From Cyanidioschyzon merolae (lineage: Eukaryota), in the NCBI GenBank assembly GCA_000091205.1, contig AP006492.2: a stretch of 64,000 bases of DNA; one strand, written 5' to 3'. Below are positions 34,132 to 43,352 of this stretch, piece by piece. Under the pieces are notes generated by a model. It had not been told where the DNA came from, made no database searches, and was given only the letters and a program-made list of their open reading frames with translations. The position numbers were made by a program, and so were the translations under genes. Position 1 is the stretch's first letter. Each line of letters begins with the position of its first letter.

Positions 34132-37100
34132 AACATCACTCACGCGGGTTCAAAAAATGCGATATCCCGAAGATGGGTATCGTGGCGTGATCTGGGCGAG
34201 CGCATGTTTTCGTCCGCAGTGCAGGCTCGACGCCAACCAACAGGCATCATCGTCGTGCACGTCACGGGCGACGCGGGTTGTAGCCCGCCATAAAGAGCAT
34301 GTTGTAGATGCACAGCAATTCGGGATAAGTTTGAGCCCTTGAGCGATCGATGAGAGGGGTCCGGTGGAGAAGGTCGCATCGCCAGTATCGAGACCCTGAG
34401 ACGAACGTGTCGCCCTGGTATCTGATGATCTGCTCTGTGTGGAGACGCTGGGAGGTTGGTTGGGCTGCGCGGTGTCTCTCTGAGGGCACGTCACCGAAGG
34501 CGGAGTCTGAAACGATCGCACAACGCTGCGTTTTCATGGATGCAAGACTAGTTTTCCCGGTGCTGGAGCGCGAATCCTAGGCTTGCTGACCGCTGCAAGT
34601 CACCGCGCTTGAACGCGTCCTGGTGCTTTCTCCAGCCCGAGAGGTTCCTGTGCAAGTACCCTGGAAGTAGCCCATAATGTTTGCCACACAACGGCACACA
34701 GCGATAGGTATCCAATATCGCATCCATATTCCGATCAATACTGATCGGCTTGGTGTTGTGCTTGTACCAGCAATGTTTCGATTCCATGAAGAACGTCGCG
34801 AGTTGCTTCTCAGGCGTGCAGGTGCAAGGTCGGCGCCCCGGTTAAATGCAATCCATGGCAACTATTGAGGTATGCGCAGTAATATGGAATCATGGAATAC
34901 CCGGATCGTTCATGAATTGTCCAAAACAATCCCTTCTGATGTACGTAAACGGTCCTGCAGCCTTTTTTGGATTGATGAAGCGTTCCATACCAGGGTCTTA
35001 TTCGAGCGAGGAATGCAATTTGCTCTCTTCTGGCCACTGATCTATGCTTATCCGAAGTTTTTAGCGTTTGAGCACGCAGCCCGAACTACGCACAAAACGA
35101 TATTCTCGAAGCTTCGCTTGGCTCTACGCCGCTGGTCGCTCCGAAAGAACGAGGCATTTCCGGTCGTTGACTGAGGTACTGGATCCTAGGTGCAGAGAGT
35201 GCCAGCGTGCATTATTGCTCGTGGAATCATCCCATAGCAAGCCTCTAACCCCTAAATTGCCTCGTTACGTGACGTTCGGTTCGCATCCTATACACCCTCT
35301 CGTGTATCTGTCTCTGGATGGATCTCTTGCTCCCTGCGATTTTTCAGCGTGCATCCGCGCCTGCGATGCGTGTTCGTCGATCTGAACTTTTCCATACAAA
35401 TTTGGTAGAACCGATACCTACACGATTTGTAAGCGCTCGATGAATGACATGGGTGCAGCGCCTGTGCGCTGCTGTTCGTCAAGCGTCATGGGCTTCCACC
35501 GAACGACGCAATCTATCGCGTGTTCCCTTGCGAACTCTTTGAAAAAATGGCCAATGCACGCTTCTAGTCTCAATCGAATCGAAACTGCTCGTAACCCAAG
35601 CTCCACTTCATGCATTCGTGCCAGAGATCGTCCCGCGTGAAAGAGCAAGACGCTCATGTATGCTCTGAACGAAACAAAGAATGCAGCACTCTCTGCACCA
35701 TGTGGTGCTCAGAGCATCGAAATGGATTCTGACGTCGTCATTCCACTTAATGGTATGCGTCCTGGCGTCCACCATTCCCGACGCTCGATAAGACCGATCC
35801 CCCCGAAAACTTATAGATCACATCGCATCTCTTGCCTCGAGCATCCGCTGGGATGTCGCACTAGGATTTGCTCAAAAAGTTCCGGTGGAATGCGAACAGC
35901 TGGGTGCCCTGCATCCAGGGCTCGTCCGAGCAGTTGCTCGATGAGTTGTGTCAAGGCGAGGAAAGCTGGGCGAGCGCTCCTCAAGTAGGAGACGAAACCA
36001 TCCAAAATTGTACCTAGAAACTCGTTCTTTGAAAAATGCTCCCTGCTGGTCCGTTCTAGAGAGAAGGCCTTGACAACAGTTTCAGACTGATGTGTTCGCA
36101 ACGACACTTGATCGTCTTTGGCTTTCCTCATTCATTTTCACTGAGCATCTTGCTCTTCTTTGTCCGGCGATTTCTGCTCCCTCTCTTCAGATTGGCGGAT
36201 TGACGTGGATGTGATCGGTGTGACCCACATGCGTTCTTCCTCGGGATTCGGACACGCTGGGCGGACGGTGCCTCTAAACTCGCACTCTCGATGTACGTCA
36301 ATAATATTCCTCAAGTAAGTTTGTGTCTTCGTGCCCGACGCGAGCACGCTAGCGGTCTGAAGCGCGCCTCTCCGTTCCGCCCCCGTAGACGATCAGAGGA
36401 GCAAGGGAGCCCTGCTGGACTGGGGCAGGTAAAGAAAGACTCGCCAAAGAACGGTTCTACGGATGCGAACGACCCGCCGCTGGATTCTTTAGCATAGAAA
36501 TGGCATTTGACACCGGAGATGACGCTTTGGTCGGGTCTGTACCACGGAAAATAAGCTGGCATGCACAGCAACCTAACGAAAATTACAGCCTTGTTCTCTT
36601 TGACAGCCGTTGAGTCATGGAATGCGAAGATGTCTTAGACCGGAACGGAAGAACGCGGAACGGAACACCCACGTCGTAATGCGTCAGCGAAGAATGGGGT
36701 GCCAAACGATATCGTCCATTTAGTGAGATATGCAGGCGACCGTACAACGGCTACATCGCCAGGGCTGATTTGCTCGCCATGCTCGCTTATCTCTGCGTTA
36801 CGAACAGTTGCTCGCCCGTCATGAACTACCCTTGTATGGTTCAACCATTCCCCTCGACTACAGCCGCAGCGATTGAGACGATGTCCCGTGCCAGGTGGAA
36901 TACGTGCTCGCATCTCACGACGCGAACGATCGCGGGCTCCGCAATGCCCGACGCTCTCCGATAGAAGCGCGCTTTTTCTTTCCCATCTGAGTACTTTCAT
37001 CCCTGTGCGTATGGACGAGACGTAAGCGGCACATCCTATAGCTTCATTTGTAGTGTTTCGGAAAGAACGTATAGAGCGCAATAAATTGACTTCGAGACAT

Positions 37101-37580
37101 TCATTTCGACAGCGTTGGATATGTTCTCTCGTGGAGGCTTGGCACCCAGGATATGAACCACGGCATGCGTCATTCATCATCACCGTGCTGATCGTAGAAC
37201 GTCGGACGCTTTCATCTAATATGTTTTTCTGCAAGCAACTAGTCACAACGTAAAATCTTTCCGCAACCTCTCTCCAGTTCACATCGTACTTTTCTTTTAT
37301 TTTTTACCCTGGAAAAAATCAAACAAAGACGACAAATAAGATCTGGCACAGGTGTTCAAGAATCCGATCCCTCAAGTACCATACGCACGCTCGATACACA
37401 TCGAACGTGCTGCGAATGGAGTTTATTTGCATCGCACGGAAGCTCCGGGACGCCGTCGGCCGTGCTCGTGTTTGCACCAGAGGCCGCTGGGAAGCCCAAA
37501 ACGTCACCGAGTCTTAGTGGCAGTCACACGAGCACCGGTGGCAACTTTGAAGCAAATCTTTTATCAGTGATACGCTGACT

Positions 37581-37710
37581 GCACATGCACATGCACACGC
37601 ACATGCACACGCACACGCACATGCACATGCACATGCACATGCACACGCACATGCACACGCACATGCACACGCACACGCACACGCACACGCACACGCACAT
37701 GCACACGCAT
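37581..37710. repeat. Compound microsatellite (CACATG/CACACG)n, alternating purine-pyrimidine
   Basis: gcacatgcacatgcacacgcacatgcacacgcacacgc... runs for about 130 bp. It sits about 150 bp downstream of the stop of the minus-strand gene ending at 37859. It generates the spurious poly-(CV)/(HV) ORFs 37524..37706 and 37564..37797. Confidence 0.9.
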
Positions 37711-37858
37711 CAAGTGCGCGTCGCGGCCGCCAGTAGATCCTAGCCCTCGAGCCCTAAACGGCATACAGGGATGAATGCGCGTACCATCGAGGTACACGCA
37801 TCTGTCGACAGCTCATTCAACAAAGTGTGCTCATGGCTGCATGATTCATAGGCACATC

Positions 37859-40315
37859 TTATCGGTCAAGGAAGCGTGCAACCTCTTTCAGTGAACGGAA
37901 TTTGCGTCCGTCCGGGGATACATAGACACGATCGATGCGTCCGGCTAGGGATCCACCTTTGCGGATTTGCTCCTCGAGTCGCCAGCCCGGTGGGAGCGTC
38001 AGCGTCAGCGACGGTTTGCGTCCACCCCGATGACGACGGTCCGTCGCTCCAGCACCAACAACGAGGCCGTTCTGACCTGCCACGATCTCCGTCTGGTCAA
38101 GCATTCGGCGGGTTTCCTCATTCACCCTATGGCCAGTGCGGTGGCGTTTGCGCTTACGGGCAAGTGCACGATCACTGTCTTTTTTGATCACTGGCAGTGA
38201 CGATCGCGGAAATCGATGAGCGGGTTTCGAAAGTCTCGCAGCTGCACTTGCTGGCGATGTCAGCGGTGAGGTCGACGACGAACGCATCGCCGACGCGTTC
38301 CTGTTCCGAAGGGCCAAAGCCTCTTCCCGGGACGACCTGCGGGGGCGGCGGAGACCCTGCTCCGCATCTCGAGCTGGTTCTTCTGCTTCATCGCTCCATG
38401 CTTCCTCGGAGTCGTCTCCGTCGCTTAGCTCGTGGGTGTACCACGCCCGATGCGGATACATTTGCGCAGCCGGTGCGGCTATTGTCGACCGCGGGAGCGC
38501 ACGCGGTAGCGATTCGGAGACAGCGTGAGGAGCCCTTGCCGTGCTGCGCGACGCGTTCAGCGTCGCAAGACGCTGAGCGGCTTCGAGTGCTCTAAAGTTC
38601 GAGTCAGCTGCATTTGAATCCTCCGCTCTCGACGATTCGGCGGGAGGTGCGGCCCCGAGTGCGCGCCTCGTCACAGCGGGGGGTGCTTTGCTTTTGACCT
38701 GCCAGTGGTCCGCACCACGCCAGATGGCGTACGGACGAAGCTGATCCAGGTGGAACCATTCGTCACTGCCGTCCGCGAAAGCGACGAGAAAGCCCTTGCG
38801 TGCTAAAAAATTTCGAACTTGGCCAACAGTCCAACAGCAGCCGTGGCCACTGGTGGACGCAGTGCGCGACGGCATGTCCGTCGAGCTTGTGCTCTTTCCT
38901 TGGATTTGATCGACCGCTGCCTGTTCTGCAGTGCTTGTCGAAGCGGATGGTGTCGCTGATGTTCCCGCACGTCCATGAGACAGCGACAAAAGCGCCTCTA
39001 CAGCTTCGCCAACACCGGGACGCCATTCTGGCATTGGTGGCGGGGGATACGGCCTCAACCGTGCGCCCAGCACAACCCGGTGCGGGCCCTCGGGCATTGC
39101 TCCCGTTCCCCCAGCTGCAGCACCTTGAACATTTGCAGGGCATGCGCCAGCTGTTTCCGAGTTAGCACAAGCATCTGCCCGGATGCGGAGCACCTCGTCT
39201 GCACTGAGGAATGCAATTTCATAGGCGGTCTTCGTCAACGGTGAAACATCATCGTATTCGCACACGCGATTGATACCATCATCCTGCGCGATTTCCACCG
39301 CTGAGAGAAGCGACTCGGTGCTTGATGGCCATGAAACGTCCGCCGAGATAATCCGCGCCGGACACCAGGCCCGGGCTGCTCCCGCTGAATCTAACAGCTC
39401 CACAACCTCGCCCGGCTTGTAGACTCGCTGGCACTGAAGCCGCGGCGTGGGCGGTATGCCCATTGCCGTCGACCGATGTGGAGACTGTAGAATCGCTGGC
39501 GGCTCTGAGCGAACCGGAACACATCTCCAGTTCGAATCTGGAATCGCCGCTGGTTCCTTTTGCCCGTTGTCCGCAAAAGACCCTGTATTCGACCAGTCTT
39601 GCCCCAGGGCACCGTAAGCGGGCGAGATTCGCAGCACCGAATCCGGTCGAGGCGATATCAACGGCGACGATTGCGACTGGCCCCCGGCGCCCGGTTTCGC
39701 AGCTCGACCACGTTCGTGAGGCCGCTTTGGACGTCTACGCGGCGCCGCATCCACAGTGGAATCTTGTTGCGAAGCGGAGCTTTGCATCGGCCCTAAATCC
39801 TGGGCAATCGATACAGGATTGTACATCCTTGCCTCAAGCTGGCTATCGCCTGATGGTGCCTGAGCATTCCAGGCACTCGTTGAGCGAGGCAAACTTGCGT
39901 TGGACGAGACTGCGTCGGTGGTCCCCGATGGCCCAGCGGCACGCAGCCCACGAGACTCTGAGGCCGTGCGCTTCCCCGGGGTCCGTGCGCGGCGATTCTT
40001 GAACCATAAGCGACAGGAGCGAACTGGAACGCCACTTGCCGAAGACAGCGCCTGCAACTCCGCTGTGCTCGGCATTGGATTCTGCTCGAAGACGGTTTTC
40101 AGCATCTGCATCTGCTCTGGCGTAAAGCGATGCCTCTTCATTCGTGACGCTTCTTCGGAAGATCGTTCGCTTTGAGTCGCTGCTCGGCCATCCGAGTGCG
40201 AGCCCTCAGTGCCACGAGCCAGAGCGTCCACTGCGTCCGCTGTTCGAAACTCGTGCTCAGCGGGTGCCCACGTCGGCAGCGGTGAATGCACCAAACTGTG
40301 ACCGGCAACGTCCAT
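37859..40315 (-). CDS. Multi-domain chromatin protein: homeodomain plus Tudor/Agenet-like barrel(s) plus C-terminal methyl-CpG-binding domain (MBD)
   Basis: N-terminal homeodomain RHRFTPEQMQMLKTVFEQNPMPSTAELQALSSASGVPVRSCRLWFKNRRART with the WFxNRR signature. Central YKPGEVVELLDSAGAARAWCPARIIS and VGQVRNFLARKGFLVAFADGSDEWFHLDQLRP resemble Tudor/Agenet-type barrels. C-terminal LPPGWRLEEQIRKGGSLAGRIDRVYVSPDGRKFRSLKEVARFL matches the MBD consensus (LPPGWKREEVIRKSGLSAGKSDVYYFSPSGKKFRSKPQLARYL). A basic GRKP stretch just before the MBD is AT-hook-like. Long S/A/P-rich linkers. The track start at 40342 is GTG; the first ATG is at 40315. Confidence 0.6.
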   Translation of the reverse strand: MDVAGHSLVHSPLPTWAPAEHEFRTADAVDALARGTEGSHSDGRAATQSERSSEEASRMKRHRFTPEQMQMLKTVFEQNPMPSTAELQALSSASGVPVRSCRLWFKNRRARTPGKRTASESRGLRAAGPSGTTDAVSSNASLPRSTSAWNAQAPSGDSQLEARMYNPVSIAQDLGPMQSSASQQDSTVDAAPRRRPKRPHERGRAAKPGAGGQSQSSPLISPRPDSVLRISPAYGALGQDWSNTGSFADNGQKEPAAIPDSNWRCVPVRSEPPAILQSPHRSTAMGIPPTPRLQCQRVYKPGEVVELLDSAGAARAWCPARIISADVSWPSSTESLLSAVEIAQDDGINRVCEYDDVSPLTKTAYEIAFLSADEVLRIRADACANSETAGACPANVQGAAAGGTGAMPEGPHRVVLGARLRPYPPPPMPEWRPGVGEAVEALLSLSHGRAGTSATPSASTSTAEQAAVDQIQGKSTSSTDMPSRTASTSGHGCCWTVGQVRNFLARKGFLVAFADGSDEWFHLDQLRPYAIWRGADHWQVKSKAPPAVTRRALGAAPPAESSRAEDSNAADSNFRALEAAQRLATLNASRSTARAPHAVSESLPRALPRSTIAAPAAQMYPHRAWYTHELSDGDDSEEAWSDEAEEPARDAEQGLRRPRRSSREEALALRNRNASAMRSSSTSPLTSPASAAARLSKPAHRFPRSSLPVIKKDSDRALARKRKRHRTGHRVNEETRRMLDQTEIVAGQNGLVVGAGATDRRHRGGRKPSLTLTLPPGWRLEEQIRKGGSLAGRIDRVYVSPDGRKFRSLKEVARFLDR

Positions 40316-40713
40316 TGGCCTCTCACAACAAAAGGGTAGCACGGGCTGTACGATAAAATGCCCACTGGCTAGTGTTCAGGGCGGCCAACGCAAGCGGCCC
40401 CGGTGCCGCTGGCTTCCGCAAAGCCAAGCGTTCTTCCGAACACACGCGCACCAGAAAGTGCCGTTCGCAAGCGTTCGTTGCTAACTTCCGTGACTTTTCT
40501 ACAGTCACTCAGTGATGGCAGGCTCGAAAAAGCCCACTGGAAAACTGCGGTTTCCGCGCGAGGCTGCACGCAACGGAGCTGAGCGTCGCAAGCAGTAGAG
40601 ACCGGCTACGTTGATTTGCAGCGTCTCGTGGCGATCGCCGAACACGCAGCGAATCTCGGGCTTTGCAGTTGGCTTGCGGAGGTTGGCGCGCTGCGCACAC
40701 GCCGAACGCCTGG

Positions 40714-40826
40714 CAGCAGCAGCAGCAGCAGCAGCAGCCTGCCACATGCCATCGCGCTGTGCGTGCGCCGGCGGTGCGCTCATTGTGCGCGTTTCCCGCG
40801 CATGCCGATCGATCGATCGATCGGCA
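40714..40826. repeat. (CAG)8 microsatellite followed by (GATC)n, low-complexity region
   Basis: cagcagcagcagcagcagcagcag sits at about 40714..40738 and cgatcgatcgatcgatcg at about 40806..40824. They give poly-Q/poly-A/poly-C spurious ORFs on both strands (40505..41116, 40509..40745 and others). Confidence 0.8.
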
Positions 40827-43042
40827 GCGTCGGCACGCATCGGCAGGCTGGGTCGGATGCTGCTGTAAGGCATTGTATACACACGAGTCGTGATCTCCGT
40901 AGATGCGTACGGATGGTGATAATGGTAATGGTGATGATTCGCGGCGCTGGGCGGTCGTCGTGCGAATGAACCACTGCTGTCCTTGATGCTGTTAACGAAC
41001 GCGCACTCTGAGATCCGTGGTAAGACTGGACGACTCTTGAAGTTGAAGGAATTGCGGGTGGAAGGCCGATCGCCTGGGGCCCCAGACGCAACGTCGCTGC
41101 GCTGCTCTACATCCACGCCAGGCTAGAATGGGGAGCTTTTTCAAAGCAGCTTTGGTGTACAGTGCAAAGATTTCGATTATTCCGATAGTTATCAGAATCG
41201 ACTTTTCGGGATCTTTTTTCAATTGGTTTTCTTTCTGCTCCCCGTCTTTGAATACGCAGGTCTCTGCTATCAATCAAACACAATTATTGGCAGTGGCAGG
41301 GTATTGATGACAGCGTCATGGTCTAGATTTCGTTACTTGTCGCTGTTATGCTCAGACTTTTGATGTGCAGGTAAAAGTTGCGATGTGCGCTTCGTTCGCT
41401 ATGTTCATCTTGGTCGTAGACCGCCTTGGTGTGCGTTTCGCAGCGTGAAACTCAACTGCGTTCAGATAGTTGCATATGTGTGCGAGAACCCCTCCTATGA
41501 AGGTCACTATGTCATGCAAGAAAGCTTGCTTCATCGCTCGGCGCATGCCCCTCACGAGAATAGAAGGCCCGCTGTGATGCCCGGCTCCATTTTCGCGCTC
41601 GTTGCAGTACCTGACCGTGACCGGCTTCGGCTGAGCGATCCCTCGGCGAGTGCGGTGTCCGCTGCACGTGCAAGCGCATGCTGTTGGATTCAATGGGGGA
41701 TTTGTGGAGCGCCATGATGTTCTTGATCAGAAAGCACCAGCGGGATAATTCAGGATGGAAACCAAGTCGGGAAATTTCGATCCATTTACGCGTCCTTCTT
41801 CCAGAACGGTAACGAACTCTCCACCGGAGGCTATAGAGTCCGAGTAGAAAACCCTTTCCAAGCAAACGGAAGAGATAGCGAGCCTCTGGGAGCGTATCCT
41901 ATCAGGTTGTATGCTATGGGGGAATGCATTTTCGTCGATAGCTATTTAAAGAGGATGATTTATCTTTTCAAAGGCGCCGATTATATAGCGTGGCCAGTTG
42001 CGCGAGCGTTCCGCTTGAGCATGTGTAGAAGTTTTCAAGGGACGACGTCGAAGGCGTTTCGTCCCCAATCCAACGGTACGAGTTGCTGCGCCCAGAAGTT
42101 GCGTTGGAGCAGAAAAATACAACACTTAAAGAATGCGTGATTTGATTACTCCACACGTAAGGAACAGAGAAGCGTGGAGATTTTATTTATGAACCGGATA
42201 CTAATATCGGTTAGTTTACGGATCCTTGTTAAAGGGGGCGTCGCATATCACCTGGGTTCTCGAGGTGTCACGAATTTCAGCGACAGCGCGTCGAGCGAGC
42301 CACTCCGAAACAGCGCCAGAGAATCCAAAAACTACACACGAACCCGTAACATCTTATTACTGTACCTCGAGCGTCGAAGCACCACATCTGAGACCAGTGT
42401 CGGAAATAAATGCTAGGCCCAAACATGGGCACTACTCCCGTGCGCCATTTTCATCAGAGACGGATACAGTCGAGCGCGATCCAAGATGCCGCATCGGCTG
42501 CAAGTTGGCTGCGTTTGCCGGTGGAGCGTCAAGAACGTAAACATCAAGATATTCCTGGAACGCGCATGCGTCGCATACATCTCCGGGGAAACGGATGTCT
42601 TTCGAGTGCACCAGCACCAGGCAAGCTGAATATACCTTGGATCTTGGAGACTGGTGTGCTCAAAGTTGATAACTCCGTGCCACATGTGCTGTCATGCGCC
42701 ACGTGTGAGTCTGAGCTTTTCGTAGAGCATTTTATGCATACCGTCGGAGTGCTATGTCTATAGCATGTAGAGTGCTACTAAATCACGCTGTCGCAATCCA
42801 CTCACCAACAAGTAGTTTCGAGACATGTCTTACAATTCAGTTGCACTATGCCAAAGTTCTCACGTGCCAAAAACTCATAGCTAGCGACTGAGGTATTCTT
42901 GACAGACGGATCGACAGAGAGACCTAGTTTGCTATACGAGTGCGACTCACACCTTGAACCGTGTCTCGATCAAGGTTGGCACGGTTCGATGCAACTACCA
43001 ATCAAATGCACCGAATCATCATAGGGCGCGCGCGTGCAGCTG

Positions 43043-43280
43043 CGGCGATAGCCCGTGCAATAACAGGACGGCTCGCAGAAAAAGTACAGTTCTATACAAA
43101 TTGGCCATCGGCCGATGCCGGGCGGCGGCAGCCCGTGCAATTAATGGACGGCTCGCAGAAACTGCACACTTCTACACAAATTGGGTGTCGGCCAGTGCCG
43201 AGCCCTGCGGCCGTACCCTCGTGTGCGCCCAGACTGATGCCGAGATAGCGGCTGGTATCGCTGCTCGTGCCGGGCGGCTT
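43043..43280. repeat. Tandem repeat, about 80-bp unit x about 2.5, immediately upstream of the ABC-F gene
   Basis: gcccgtgcaataacaggacggctcgcagaaaaagtacagttctatacaaattggccatcggccgatgccgggcggc is followed by gcccgtgcaattaatggacggctcgcagaaactgcacacttctacacaaattgggtgtcggccagtgccgag, with an 80-bp period (gcccgtgcaa at 43051 and 43131). A partial third copy is gatagcggctggtatcgctgctcgtgccgggcggc. Confidence 0.75.
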
Positions 43281-43352
43281 TAGAACGCTGCCGATTCACG
43301 CCCGTTTAGGAAGCAGGAAACCACTTTACTGAGAAGTTTATCGACGTAGACC

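Noticed and set aside
34548-35037. Small minus-strand ORFs (RCVPLCGKHYG, YYCAYLNSCHGLHL) considered as a zinc-binding ribosomal or RNA-polymerase small subunit
   Set aside because: I could not match any known small zinc-ribbon protein from memory. The pieces are in different frames with no obvious splice signals.
36635-37282. 215-aa minus-strand ORF with Cys/His-rich segment (HCGARDR...NRCGCSRGEWLNHTRVVHDGR) considered as HNH nuclease or Rieske-like
   Set aside because: The spacing does not fit either motif convincingly. The start codon is GTG in the track. The composition is Arg/Ser-rich as in GC-driven spurious ORFs. It is left unannotated.
37524-37797. ORFs encoding (CV)n and (HV)n / (RV)n peptides
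   Set aside because: Translation of the CACATG/CACACG microsatellite; not protein-coding.
40505-41116. 203-aa minus-strand ORF and several plus-strand ORFs with poly-A/poly-Q/poly-C runs
   Set aside because: They are driven by (CAG)n and (GATC)n simple repeats plus GC-rich low complexity. No domain.
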